From the NCBI GenBank assembly GCA_002633005.1, contig NMRA01000055.1, positions 310,001 through 374,000 on the forward strand: DNA of 64,000 nt. The letters run 5' to 3'. The translations under genes were made by a program, and so were the position numbers. The DNA comes from Phoronis australis. Lineage: Eukaryota > Animalia > Phoronida. This document shows positions 1-14,600 of this stretch, piece by piece (position 1 is the stretch's first letter; each line of letters begins with the position of its first letter). The notes under the pieces are model-generated. The model was not told the DNA's origin, did no database searches, and saw only the letters and a program-made list of their open reading frames with translations.

Positions 1-1451
1 GTAAATGCATTGCATCTTTTGTTTGTATAAATTATCTTTGTTTGCCAGATGTTCACAAAGCACTGTCAGTGTTATGGAATTCTGGTGCATTACTACTGAT
101 TATGTCAAGTAAATTTTATAAACACGTCTTTAATTTGATTTCAACAAACCAGACTAGAAATTAATCAGATGCTGTCTGCTACTTTACAAGTTGGCAGATT
201 TAAGTTGAAAGGCCTGCACAGTGGTTGATTTGCAAGAGGGTTTAAACCCATTAGTAAGTGTGACAAGAGTAAAAAGCCATAAACGGAGTGAAATGGGACT
301 GAAATTGTAGATCTACCCTTGCTATATCACTGCTGATTTCATAAATGTTATATTTAAAACTCATGGGCATTTTAAGGTACACTAGCAAGAAGTGGCCTTC
401 TGCACAGACAATGCAGATTAGTTGTCCGCTCCAGTCTGTTGTCATCTGTATTGAGGCCACAGAGATGGAGCACAAACATAATATCAAAATCTTACAAATG
501 GAATATCAAATTTATCCTGCAAAAATGTCTATGTTCAGTGTCCAGTGGGAATATCCAATAGCTCCTCTGTGAAGAGGAACTTTGCCTTTCACTGACACAA
601 TGCAATGGAGTGCCTAACAAGTGGAGTTAACTCTGGCGAGGACCTGCTGTGTTAGACTTGTTTTCAAAAAGCATCTCTATGGTGTGTTTGTGAATATTGT
701 AGAACGGTGGTTATTGCTCTTTCCTTCTCGTTTCAAGGGGCCTGCAATCAAAAAGTGTCAGACACACTGAAGCCATTAGGATAACAAGAAAATACACTTA
801 GTTCCATATTGTTTGTACTACTGGCCAACTTTGCTGTGTGGGGCCTCTATGCTGTTTGGGCATACTCCAGATACGACTTTATGTTACCAGGTTCTTGCAC
901 GCAGGTTCCTTAATTCTGTGATATCCCATATTTAGGTTTAATCCTTAGGAGTTGTCTCGGTCATTCACCAGATGTTAATGTGGGAGTACCAGCGTCACGT
1001 GATAAAGTAACATCGAGGTACTTGTCTTGATTGACGAAACTTACGCGTGGGTTCCCAGAATAGAGTACTCGAGTTGGAGTGTCGCTAAATGCTTCGTTCT
1101 CTGATAATAGATGCCGTCTAGTATCAGCCAGGATGGCGGAACTCCATCTAACATTGCAACTCTAGTATTGTTGACTCCATCTGCCACCAGGTGTTGGTAC
1201 GCCAATCCCGTGGCGTCGTGAGTGTCCGGTTAGAGCTGTACAATAGCGTGTCAGGGCGTTCGCAGGAGAGTTGGCAAATAGATGGACTGGTGAGTTGACA
1301 CAAGAATAGGTCAACATACGTCCCAGGGACCGAACTTCGAGGTACTCCATGCCCGCAGCGAGAACGTGTTCCATAGACAACAACCAACTAAGTACGACTG
1401 CCGAAGAGGAAATATTTAATCCACTTTAGGACCTGTTGGTTAGTCCCATAC

Positions 1452-1607
1452 CAAGGGCGGATACAAGATTTTGAGTTGGGGAGCCAGGGCATCGTATTAG
1501 ACAGGATTTTGACCGTCAGACATTCGCACCCCCGAACTGCCAAATGGAATCTGGGATAATTTTAGGGGAGTCATGGCCCCCTTAGCCCCCCTCTAAATCC
1601 GCCACTG
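1452..1607 (+). mobile_element. ~150-bp MITE, family A copy 1 (TSD CATAC)
   Basis: Imperfect TIRs CAAGGGCGGAT...ATCCGCCACTG; CATAC at 1447-1451 and 1608-1612; three more copies in the window. Confidence 0.9.
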
Positions 1608-4600
1608 CATACCTGACCTGAGCTTCGCAGTAGAAGAGAGTCTATTAAAGGTTTTCTAAAACCAAGTAATTTGCATGACACGCATCAGTTTAAACGCGGC
1701 TTTGCATGGTTCTGACACTGGTAGCCGAGAATAGAAAACTAGCCGTTGGGTGAAGGTTATAAGGCCCTAGACTCCTTCCCCGGCTTCATTTCATTGGATA
1801 TCGGGGGTAACGGATTTTCTATGTTTTTAGAGGATTCTCGAGGTTGTCAACTAAGACTGGTCATTTAGTAAATTAGCTGCTGCCACATCATTCTGCACCA
1901 GTTGAACATTATTCTTAAAGCTGCTGGAAATCCGTGTTCCGTGAGGCAAACTTTTGATTTAGATCACTTTCCGCTATAAAGTTGGTGTCAACTTGTTCCT
2001 TACTCAAGTGAAATGTGATGTCGGAGTTTGCCTGAAATAACTGGCAGTTCGTTATTTCTTGATTGTGAAACCATGCCTAGCGCATGAAATGACGCGCCGT
2101 GACTAGCCAACTTGTAGAGTCTCCTATCGAGCAATACAACAAACTGTCGATATTTTCGGAGCCCTGAAATCACTCCCAATTTAACTAAGGAATAATTTGA
2201 GACTAACTTCATGACGGTAAATGGTCTAAATCCTTGCGCGCATCCAGCCTGAAATATAGGGGGCTCGAATTTTTCGTTATGCGGACCTTTTACGGAAAGA
2301 CTTCAACGAGGACTAAAATAACAACCGGGCCACTAGGTTCAGGCCCACGAATTGTGCATCTGCACCGACTTCCCGTGAATTTTGTGGGCTTTTGTCTCGT
2401 TTAGTCGGACTTTTTATTTCTTTGAGGCGGACCTTTTTGCCCAATTCGCCAAACTGGGGAGCGCATGAAATCGAAAGCTGTTTTTGTCAGTGACAGAAGG
2501 GTGGTTTCAGAATTGCCGCTTAAAGTGTGCCATAGATTTATCACTGGGGGGGGGCTTCTTTTATGTTGGGTACCAAACTGTCCCAACGTTACCTTTCAAA
2601 TGCTCTGCCTTTGAAGGTTTAAAACGTCCACAGGGTGGCAGTAAACGTTTGGACTAGGTGAAAGGTGGGCTGCACTGCAGTTTTTTTTTCTGCTGACAGC
2701 GCCATCTGTTGGTCAGACACTGTTGAGTAACATTCTTGACTACGAGATGCTATCGAGTGGCGTTGAGCCCATTTGAGTGGTCGAGGCCAATCTGCGGATT
2801 TTGCAGTCATCTTCACGTCACCAATACATTTATGTTCTGTGTTCCCACAATGACAACATGAAGAGCGGTGATGAATGTAAAAGAGCTTACGCTATGGCGC
2901 AACTATGATAACATGACTTTAAGTTTTAAGTATTGATGTACCTATTGCTTGTGAGGGTCGAACAAATGCAGTAGTTTTCGTACATAGGCTTTATGTAAAA
3001 CACTGGCAGCTGGTTGTCGTGCATTTTACACTAAATAACAATTTCGAAGGCGATGACACAAATAACAGTCCAAAGATTTTTAAAGTTTTAAATTGACTTT
3101 TGGAGCTCTTCTTTCTAAAGAAGACCTTCCAGTTGCCGTATTTAAATTGAATGTCCATGTTATGGGTCTAAGCAATTTCTTTCACTATTGACTCAAGTAT
3201 TGTGACAATGGTTGATAGTTGCCATATTGGTTTGCTTTTGTGTGAGTAACAAAAAGTCGCGTCTGTTTTGCTCTTAGCACTGCTTCGTCACACTTTCTGT
3301 TCGTTCAGTATTAATAATACCCTGGATGAGAAGACACGTGTCGCACAAATTTGAAACTAATCATCGTAGTGTATTTGCACGACCGAGGCGCGCGACAGAT
3401 CGATAGATTATAAAAGCGCTCTTTGACCGATCAATTTCATAAGAAATATTGGATTTATGCGTTTGATATTTTGTTGAATGCTGTGGACGGCGATTCACCA
3501 TTGTAAATGGAGGCAATTTTACGGGTTTTGCATGAAGTCAATCACTTGTATCCTAATTCACGAAAAAAGACAGTGCAATTCGCGTTATTTTTGGCCCCAG
3601 TTTACACAGCACCAAATAATTATGTCATTAATAGATGTGCAGTTTCGTGTGGCCCACTGAACAGCAAGACATTTAAATGATAACAGCAAGTTGCTAAGTT
3701 GCTCACAATTAATTGAAGACTTTCAAGTCAAATAAGAATACTAGTCTCCGGAATGTAAAGTAACTAAAGACTGCGTGTACGAAAACATGCGACAGCTTTA
3801 TCGATACATTAACTAATGCTAAAGTACTTTGTTATGTAAGTTACTATAATATTCAATACTATTTGGTGCGATCAGAAATACGAAACATTTGCTTATACAG
3901 GACAAGTGCGAACAAGATTTGACTTTCAGAGAAATTCACGAGTCAAATAAAGGATAACTCCAAAGCATATTTGCACAGTTACCTTGACCAATCCGCGTAC
4001 GAGTGATTAAATGACTGGCAAAGCTCTTAATTGTTCATTAGTCTATATAAAATAGCGCACTCGACATATTTACTTTTATTGACCGGCAATTTCTCATTTT
4101 TTGAAAAACGTGAACATATTACGGTAGCTGCTCATCCATGTTTGTTTTAGTGACATCATTTTAACGCTTGGAATAGCTTCACGCATCATAAAATATCTTT
4201 TTTTACTACAGTGCGTTACAAATTTCTCGTTCATTGACTGGATCTTCAACCTTTAATTATATGCGCGACGCTTTTATTTGCAAAAGAACAACTCGAACCT
4301 CGACGAGCTCAATGCCCGTTTCCGACGGTGTCTAGAAATCGATATTTTTACATTAAATTCTGATATTAATTTCGCAGGCATTAGTAGTACTCAGATTTTC
4401 CCACGAGAACGGATCGCGTGGCGAGTTTCACAGGATTCACTTAGATTTGATAATCTTGAGACCCAAACGAGAGTTTTTCAAGGCTGATTTAAAACAAAAA
4501 AATCCCCATGGTGACATGACCAGGTATGTATTGTTTATTTTGGAGGTCTTCTAACGTGCTTGTTTATAATGAAACGTGGCCACCGTGCTTGCGATTCAAC

Positions 4601-5219
4601 AAGGTGTACACAAGAACGGGAAACTTAGTTATGTGTTCACCTTCTACTTAAAACTTTCAATAATATTCAAGAGTTTGTGATACAGAGACGGTTAAGTTTT
4701 AATTCAACATGTTTACGAAACTGGTACATTTTAGTAAAGTAGTCAACCCTTTGATTAATTAGGTACAACTATTAAATTGGATATAAATATGTAATTAGCT
4801 AAGCAGTGATGCAATCATATGACGATTACGCCCAAGACATTACAAACTCGTGGCATTACATGAACGGCGTACCATAGGGGGGCTATAGCCCCCCACTTTA
4901 TTAGTGCTGCGACGCCCATGAATAACTCCAACTTCTACTGGCAAGGGTATCTGACGAACCTTGTTGATTGTGTAAATTACTGTATGTAACTATGCCTAGA
5001 TATGTATATTTTGACGATCAGTATGAGGGGCCTAATTTCTGTACTCGAAACTCCACTCGAAAGTTACCAACTGCTTGTCATGTTTGACACAGTTCGCCGG
5101 GTAAACTGACTAATTTGAACTCGAACAAAGCGACATGAAAGGCAAAATTTCGAGTTTGACTGAGTGTCGAGCTCGTGGCCACTCAGCTTAGACTGGACTC
5201 GAGAAATGGCCAATCACAT

Positions 5220-5371
5220 CTGTGGCGGATTTAGAGGGGGCCATGCGCCCCCCCCCTGAAATTCTCCCAGATTCCATTTGGCAGTTCGGGGCTGCGAATG
5301 TCTGACGGGCAAAATCCTGGCTAATACTCTGCCCTGCCCCCCCCCAACTCAAAATTCTGGATCAGCCCCTG
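5220..5371 (-). mobile_element. MITE family A copy 2 (TSD CACAT), inverted
   Basis: Reverse complement of copy 1; CACAT at 5215-5219 and 5372-5376. Confidence 0.9.
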
Positions 5372-7032
5372 CACATCGCGTGAAGCTGGATACTCGAAGC
5401 GTATCACACCATTCACCAGTGAGTATTGAGTAAAGTTTGGTTGTCACTGGCCAAGATGCTGTAAAATTATCTACACAGACTACAAACTCTGGTTTTCCGA
5501 ATACAACTGTCGTATACCGGTAGAGTGTGAAGATAAGTGCTGCCACACTATCTTTTACCTAGAAAATTCATATCCACAGAAGGATTTTTAATATTAACTG
5601 TATTTTAGAAGCTCTGTTGCAAAATATATACACGGCATCCCATCTTGTGTCCGCGTTTCAAACTTAATGGGTTAAAATGACAGTTATCCATGTATCCCCA
5701 CGAAAGGGCCGATTTTACAAAAAGACGGTGTTTCTGGGACATACCCCTTCGAAAGAGTGACTTTTTCATGGAAAATCCGTGCAAAGAGGTGTATTTTGAG
5801 CACACTCTCTAAGTGGGCGGGTATACTAATATTCCAGCTGCACGCTCCGTCAAAATGTAGCCGAGTGCCCTTTGTTTGTAGACGGGGGTTCTGACGGTTC
5901 AGCAACCGGTCTACCCCAAAAGCCTCGATTGAGTCCCGCTCAATTACAAATGTGGATTAAGATGAGTGACTATACCTCGCGATTAAAGGACTTTTCCACG
6001 GAATAGGCTCCAGAGACAAATATTTTGTATGGTTACTCATTGTCAATGAAACTGGTGCACTCAAAATTTGGTAATCTCCAAACAGACGAACGCGCGTACT
6101 TATAAATCATCGATATTCGAGACTTATTTTTCAAAGTATGACGCTTTACCACATGATAGGAAAATATAAAGCAAAAGACGTTCATATTGCCATTATTCAT
6201 GCTAAGTTAACGCGTGAACAAACAGCCGAGTATTCAAAAGATACTAAACAGTTTCAGACTACTGACATAAACTAACTGGAACTAAAACCTTTGAAACGCG
6301 CTGTAGTGCTGGGAAACCCGCCCCAATCCGCATAATTTTAAAGAGCTACTTACGCTCAAAGCGGTGAATTGTATTCATATAACCTACGTGCATTTTGATG
6401 TCAAGCAGTCGAACGCGCAACAATGTTTAATATTAGGCATCACGAATTCGCCTGTAATAACATGCCTTGTGTATTTTTTCTGAAACTGAAAACTGCGGTT
6501 TAAGTATTAAATTTAGGGTGCATCTAATTGATGCAAATTTTAGACCAAAGGGAATTAGATTTCATGTTCTCATAAAATTAGAACGGAAACTCACATGTTG
6601 TTAAAAGCACTTTTAATGTGGTTTTACAGGATAGTTTTCGACTGATATAGTGCATCTTACACGTCTAAGTCACAAAGTTCGTACTTATTGATTTTAATTT
6701 CAACCCCAGTCGATTGTCAAGGAAATCAAAGCTTTTGTAAACTGCGACAACTCGTTGCTCTCTTAATATTTGTTTAGTATATTTAAAATGCACGGGCACG
6801 GGTCAAACATAGTAAAGTCAAAAGAATTGGTTTATTGTCAGCACTTTATTCATAGTCCGTCTACATTTCGCCAACGATCCACTCATAATAATCAACTTAC
6901 AACAATATACAACTTTGATATTCAAAAATGACTAAATCTGATTAAAATCCATTCATTTTGTGTTGAAAATTGGGTAAAATATTTGTCCTTCAATTCCGTG
7001 AAAAGGAAATAGATTTAATAAGAATTACCGTA

Positions 7033-7090
7033 GATCAGTGGGTTTCAATAAAATACCAATCAGTGGGTTTCAATAAAACACCAATTAGTG
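7033..7090. repeat. ~25-bp tandem duplication
   Basis: ATCAGTGGGTTTCAATAAAAYACCA x2. Confidence 0.85.
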
Positions 7091-7156
7091 CAATGGTTTA
7101 TAGAAAAAATGTGTTCGTGTACAGGAGACAGTACATAAGTGAGCGCTGTATACATA

Positions 7157-7560
7157 TTAAGGTTATGTAATAGGAGCTTCAATTAGAAAAATGTCCAAAT
7201 TTGGCTAACCTCGGAACATCATGTCTCAGAAACGGCGGATCGGTTTCCGAAACGTTCACATACTGTGCTTTATACACTATTCTACACAACGCTGTTAGGA
7301 ATTGGTAAAATATTCACATTCTGCATGAAGGGCTATCAAAAATGAGACATTTATGGTTTTCGTGAAAAACGTTGCACAAAATGGAAGCAAAATGACAATG
7401 GAGAAAACAGTAACAGCGTTCAGTTTTTTAGAGTTCACCTTGAACATTTATATCAAATAAAATTTGGTTATTGACACCGCTGTGCTATCTATGCACATTT
7501 TTTGCTAAATTTTACTAAAAATACATGATCACGTGACCCAGTAAAAAGCAAAGTCCAAAC
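7157..7560 (+). mobile_element. Interspersed repeat family B fragment (begins TTAAGG; possibly a Kolobok-like non-autonomous DNA element)
   Basis: Colinear similarity to 11335-11690 (TCCAAATTTGGCTAACYTCGGAACATC, CATTTATGGTTTT, ACATGATCAYGTGACC) and, inverted, to 27788-27880; the classification is inference. Confidence 0.65.
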
Positions 7561-8020
7561 TCAGTTTCTACGCGGGCTTTCTACAGTTAATTTTTATTTT
7601 GTAAACATTTGGCTAAACGCGCAGGCATGTCGATAAGATGCTAAATAGGGAAACGTGGAATCCAACAAAGAATGTTTGTTGTCAATTCTCTTCGAATCCC
7701 GGCTATACACCCGCATGTTACGTCATAAAAACTAATTATTTATTTAGACCACTTACCGTAATGAAATTGGTCTCAAATTGTTTCTTCAATAGATGTGATT
7801 TCTGAGCTTGGGTAGAGCTGGCAGTTCGGTATTTCTTGAGACAAGTTTCTTCAACTTAATTCGTCACGGCCTGTCATTTTACTCGTCAAGTAATTACGAA
7901 CTGAGAGTTCTTTAAAAAAAAAACGAAAATCACATCTCGTCTGAATAAAGAACAACCTGAGTCTCGGAATCAACTTGTTTCCTTCGACGGAATGCGGATT
8001 TATAGCACTAAATTATGGAA

Positions 8021-8990
8021 TTTTCCATGTCTGTGTTGAAGACAAAGTACACCAAGTTCACCTATAGTTTGCCATGTCTCTGTTGAAGACAACTACACCG
8101 AGTTCACCTATAGTTTGTCATGTCTGTGTTGAAGACAAAGTACACCCAGTTCACCTATAGTTTGTCATGTCTATGTTGATGCCAATGTACACCCAATTCA
8201 CCTAGTTTGTCATGTCTGTGTTGATGAAAAATCCAGGTTCACCTATAGTTTGCCATGTCCCTCAGTCAAAGTATACCAAGTTCACCTAGTTTACCATGTC
8301 TGGTGTTGATGACAAAGTACACCGAGTTCACCTATAGTTTGTCATGTTTGTGTTGATGTCAAAGCACACTCACTTCACCTAGTTTACTATAGTTTGTCAT
8401 GTTTGTGTTGATGTCAAAGCACACTCACTTCACCTAGTTTACCGTGTCTATGTTCATGACAAAGCCGAGTTCATCAAGTTTGCCATGTCTGTGTGATGTC
8501 AAATCTGTGTGATGTCAAAGTACACCTAGTTTGCCATGTCTGTGTTGATGACTAAGCCGAGTTCACTTAAAGTTTGCTATGGCTGTGTTGATAACAAAGC
8601 CGAGTTCACATATAATTTGCCATGTCTGGTTGATGTTAATGTACACTCAGTTCACCTAGTTTTGCCATGTCTGTGTTGATGACAAAGTACATCGAGTTCA
8701 CCTACATAGTTTGCCATGTCTGTGTTGATGACAAAGTACATCGAGTTCACCTAGTTTGCCATGTCTGTGTTGATGACAAAGTACATCGAGTTCACCTACA
8801 TAGTTTGCCATGTCTGTGTTGATGACAAAGCGAAGTTCACCTATAGTTTGCCATTTCTGTGTTGATGACAAAGTACATCGAGTTCACCTAGTTTGCAATG
8901 TCTGTGTTGATGTCAAAGTACACAGAGTTCACCAATGCCTAGCTTGCCATGTTTGTGTTGATGACAAACTACACAGAGTTCACCTAGTTT
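8021..8990. repeat. Minisatellite, ~42-50-bp unit, ~20 copies
   Basis: Consensus TTTGCCATGTCTGTGTTGATGACAAAGTACACCGAGTTCACCTA(TA)G repeated with indels. Confidence 0.95.
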
Positions 8991-11310
8991 CGACTATGCT
9001 TATTTTTTAACACAATGCAATGTCCAGTGAGAGTGAAAGTTTCGGCTAAAGTCAGGTCTAGAGAGTGTTGCAAGAGTCGCCACATTATGATAGACTTCGA
9101 TTCCCAGCATGATGTTAGAATGCTGTATGCTGTATAAATGGCCGCCAGATGTCAGCTCAATACAGACAACACTAATCAGAAGACTCCCTATGTGATTGAG
9201 CGTCACAAAACCGGAATATTAATTGTATTCATAGGCATTTGTATTTCTTACAAAGGCAGACCTCATAATAGTAATTGTAAGGGGCTTGTAAACTAAAGAC
9301 TGCCATTACAAAATGAAGCGTGAAGGGCTGCTTCACCATGCTTTCCCTTTTAATGTTCATAAGCAAACGTAAAGAGTGACGTCGTGTCTCGGGGTTCGAA
9401 TGACTGACAATTGCATCTGTCCTACATCACAGTGACATCTCTTACGAAACAACACCTATGTGCATTTGCAAAAACAAAATGTTTTTTCAGGAAAAATATT
9501 TGAAGCAGCTGTTACCTATATAGGTGTGGATCAGCAAACTACATACCGTGAGAAACTGATCTAAATTGCGAATTAATCGTCAATTATCGAGCGACGGCCC
9601 TCCAGCGTGGGCTGATGATAGGCGTACACCTATTTTAATCTTAATTTATTCGGTTTAGTACGGTTTTTCATACACTTGTTGTTTGTTACAAGTTAATAAA
9701 AATTAACCGTGTTTTGTGGTGGTTTTACGTAGAGGTGTTACCGGAAAGATCAAATGTAAGGTGTCCACAGCATGGATTACTCACGAAAAACATCAGTTTG
9801 AACCATGCCATAACTGGATTAAATAAAATACAAAATTGTGCCTAGGTACGTTCGATTTGCGACGATTTGAATGAAAACGTGCCTGAGCTTTGCCGTGGGT
9901 TTACTGGACTACATTTTGATAGGGCTGTAGTTGGGAAATTGGGATATCACATAGATAGCGGAGTTGTAAGAAGGGACGTATTTGTAGGGGGTTAATTACA
10001 TAAAGCTATCTCACACGGATTCTTGAACACTTGCTATTTTTACCCAATTAAACCTGAAACGGTACAAGAACAGATCACATGTTGTCAAAAATGAGTACAT
10101 CTTAATATTTGCAAAAAATTCAAAAATGCAAATGATGTTAAAAACCGGTCTGTATATTTGTGTAGTTGGAAAAGGGAACCTGTTGTCGAGTTTCGAATTC
10201 CCATAGTGAATTCCTTTGTTCGGATTTTTTTTCGGAAAATGCATCATTTCACAGTGAATTGTGTCAGAAAATATAACCTTTTGTAAAGAAAGTAGTCGTC
10301 AAAAATTCACCTCTTCTATGGAACTACCTTCCCGGGGGTAACCCCATGCTGACAACATACACATACAAAACATTTGGCATGTCCTGCAACAATCCGAATT
10401 CCCAAAGGACACGCACTTGCTCGCGTCCCAAGTTGGACCTTTATAGACAAAAAAGTGAGTAACGACATAAAACGATATGCACCATTACAACCTTCAGCGT
10501 GCGAACACCAATATTTCCCGATATCTGAAACGCCATTTGATTACATAGGACAAAAATCTTATTGCCAATTTCGATTCAGTCTCAAATGAAAGACAGCGGC
10601 ATTTCTAACGCGTTAACAATGCGAATATGTAGTAAATGGTTTGGTCACATAATTAATGACAACAGTAAATACCAAAATGTAGAAATTCTCAGGATTAGTG
10701 AATTATTTGGTTCGTCGACCGTTGGAACAGGTGAGGCGCAGGGTCAGGTAAAACTGTTCAGCGCTGTTTGACGACACGTTCGTGTAATCAGGAGCATCAT
10801 AGCCAAACATTAGATAAGACAAAACATTGACTTATCAAAGCACATCTTCTGCCTCAGTGAATGCATGCCGCTTAACAATGGACTCGATTTAATCCGTTGA
10901 TTTAATATAAACTAGATGTGATGACCCGATTGCGAATTTCCATTGAGGTAGTGCATATGACATTCCAATGGCCGAGTTGGTTTAGATAGACTGACAGCGA
11001 GAGAAGGACGTGGCCGCGGGAGTACACAGCAACGTTGAATGGCGGAAGTCTGTTTTCCGAAAGTACAGTGTTACAGTTTTTGGTCTTCAGGTAATTTGTA
11101 TAGAAATATCCATTAATTAACAGGGATTTGAGCGTTAATATGAACTACCCCGGAAACCGTAAACGAGGTAAGTGGACATGAAATTCAGGCTAAAAACTAA
11201 TTTTCAAAATGATATGATCAACGTTCTCTGCAAAACTGAATTTACATGTAACCTACAACAGAATAGTGATATGACTAAAAATCCATTCACATTTGTTCTT
11301 GAAAATTTTG

Positions 11311-11690
11311 TTAAAGTGGGAAGGTTCTGTGAGACCCTAGAAAAAGTTCCAAATTTGGCTAACTTCGGAACATCGTCTCAGAAATGGCTGGTCGGATTCA
11401 CATGAAAAGTTAGAGGCAGCCCCTTTGCGCATTGCTCTCCAAACCGCTCATGGGAATCGCGTTAAAAATTTTCCACTTTTGCATCGAGGGTTACTAAAAT
11501 AGGCCATTTATGGTTTTTAAAAGAAATCAAAACTTGTACAAAACTAAAACGAAATGATACTTTAGAAAACTATCAGCGTTTTTGAGATTTCAGGTGCTTG
11601 GTCACGTTACGGAAACCTTTGTTTTCTATTAATGTACATTTCTTTTTGCTAACTTTTACTTAAAAGACATGATCATGTGACCAAATTAAT
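11311..11690 (+). mobile_element. Interspersed repeat family B fragment
   Basis: Diverged match to 7185-7545. Confidence 0.65.
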
Positions 11691-14600
11691 AACAGATTGG
11701 TAAAGAGCCAAAAACAGGCCTTCTACTTTCTTATCAAAATTTGTACTTTTATTGTGTTTTGTAGAATATTAGGATAAATACTGTTAGTAGAGGTCCTATA
11801 CATAACATGAAGTCATGAGTAGATCACTTCTACATTGTCTACATTTACACGGCGAGATTTTGAAAAGACGTCAAGACAATTACTTGGGTTATCAACTATA
11901 ATGTAAATTTTTATCATAAAAAGTCTCAATCACTAAAAGGTCATAAGCAATGAACTCGTTGCACCTAATTTATAATAACCTAGAAATCTAAGTTAGGGCA
12001 ATATAAGGTCCGTCTGATGATCATATGACCGCGTACTGACGAAATTCTATCTACAAGCGGCTAGAAATTTAATATAGGGACAAAGTAGAAAGTATTAACA
12101 AGATTGTTAGCATTTTGAAAAGTTAAGATTAATTCACAGTTAGGGCTTCTCAACGACAAAGTGCAAGCTGGTCAATATTCTATTACTTATATGTTTGTGT
12201 AAAACAATATTCATAATTATGAAAACATAAAATTAAATACGACACAATAGTTTTAGATGTTTCTTCATGTAGCAAGTTTTAATGAAATTTGTCTTCTTAA
12301 GACTGCTCATCTACAGTCGTAAATTGGTGATCTGCACTGCAGTCCCAGAATCAAAGGACATGCTAGACATATGTATGTTTTTGATGTAATAGTATAGCCT
12401 TTTCAAAACACTTTATGCATCTCCGTTACAGATTACAGCTGACAGGATAACAATGAACTCTATTGGAATTGTTACGTAATTTCTTAATGGTCCTTTGCAT
12501 GACCTATGAGCCGACTGTCAGGGACCAATACAAAAATACGTATTAAACAAAATTTTCAAATATATTAATTAAAGTACTGTAATAGCACGTCTAATTATGT
12601 AATTTGAACAGAAAATAGAACCACAAAAATATCGTATAAACTTGTTCAGTAGGACCTACAGAAGTAGGAGGCATTCCGTTGAATAAGGTTTCGCCAAATG
12701 ATAAATTTCAAAAGGTGCAATGTGATGTAAATCAAGCCGGTGACATCGTGACGTCGACTAACGCGTTTAACACACATAAAAATGTAAACGCAGAAAAGAA
12801 TCATCGATATTTGCTTTTCTATTCCTTTACTGGCTGAAATATGGCCATCTGCAGACACAATGACGATTGATCATGTGGTTTAGACATGTTATCGGTAACA
12901 AGGAGATCACTAATTGTGTTCACAAAAACACCACACAGACAATTTAAATAACACAATGATAGTGGAATTCGAGCAACAACACTATCTATCCTCGTCGAAG
13001 TGTATACACCACACACAGAGCTAGTAGTGCATACAGCCTTTACACAGCGGGTATTATCAAAGTTGATAAATCTGGAAAAAGTGATTCATAAACTTGCACT
13101 CGATGAAATCTATTTTAAGTTAGTAATCAGTGCAAAAATGCAGACACAGGGCGGGCAGCAGTGTGATCCGAAGATGCGTTGGGAACATAATTTTTAGGAT
13201 CTTGGACTGGTGTGTATGGAAGCCTTTGCAGCCGAGTGCCATGCATCACAAGCGCCTCCTTGCTTCGAGCCTAAAAATGAAGCGACACCTTGTGATTATT
13301 ACTGTCACCAAACACTTGTATAGCAGGCAAAAATCGACAAGACATGACTTCAGAAGTAATAGTAAACAATTAGGAGACTGACTTTATATTCTTTCTTTAG
13401 AGCAAACGAAAACTACTTGAAATGAAAGGTCAACAACAACTGTTAGCAACAAAGGAGCACGAAGGCTTGTAGAAACATGAGCATCACTACTGGTTTATCA
13501 TGTTCAGACCTAAACAGACGAACACCAGCATTTTCTCCATCAACGCCCCCGCCACTGACATGGAAGCCATACTACTCTCTTTCCCAAGCGAAATATCTAT
13601 TAGCGCATTATTAGCAGCCCTTCTAAATTAAACAACTTTACCTGGTATTGTCCCAACACGACTATGACATCATAAAATTCCTGTAGGACCCTATCACAAC
13701 ATAAGCTCACCTGTTGAATACGTCTATTCTTTCTAGTCAGTCCTGGGGTTAATCCCAGCCCGAACTGAATGTACTGTTGACATTTAATTGATACGGTACA
13801 AAGTATCATTAACAGCATTTCATAGGCGGTCACGATTTTCTCACGGTATACTAAGAACCTTATTCAATACAGTCACAATGGGCTAGTCATAAACAGAGAT
13901 TGCGGAACTTGACAATTGGGATACTGAAGATTTAGTTCTCGCATGTCTTCGGTCACAGGTGATTAGACGGGGATTTCCGAGGATTTTACCAGAGTAACAG
14001 GCAATGTGTTGGAATATGTACAACTGACAGTGTTCACTGTGTTATCTGACCCAAACGAGACAATGACTCTCGAGGACTTAAATCACAGGTAAGTGTCGGT
14101 GGATAAGTCAGACCGTTCATTACTTTACATCTTACTATTCGCAAGAAAATAACTGACGGATTAGCGCTCTGCAGTGATTTTGAAATGCACCTTTAATCAA
14201 TCGTCGAGTAGATTACCAATTTTGACAAGAAAGACTCGGTATCAATAGGATTTAATTAATTTAAGCATCTGTCTTGAACGATAATCCGTATTGATCGGTA
14301 AATCGCATTATACCGTACAAACGGACATAAATTACTGAAGGGCATAGATGTTTTGATAAAAAGGGAATAGTGATTTCAGTGCGCAAAAATTGTTTCACAG
14401 GTAGGCCCCTACTACTGTACTTTTATGTGTGTCTATCTCAATATTTCCCAAGAAGCAGTTACCCCTGGTAAAATCAATAACCGTGTTTGACAGACCCAAA
14501 CACAACAGCACTAAAGCAAGAAGTGAAGACGGTGATGCATTGGGAACGGCGTTTATTCAACTTTCTAGGGAACTGTTCCAAATTACTGGTGTTATACTTT

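Noticed and set aside
8021-8990. Regular repeats as a possible CRISPR array
   Set aside because: Units are contiguous with no unique spacers, no cas genes, and the context is a eukaryotic intron-containing locus
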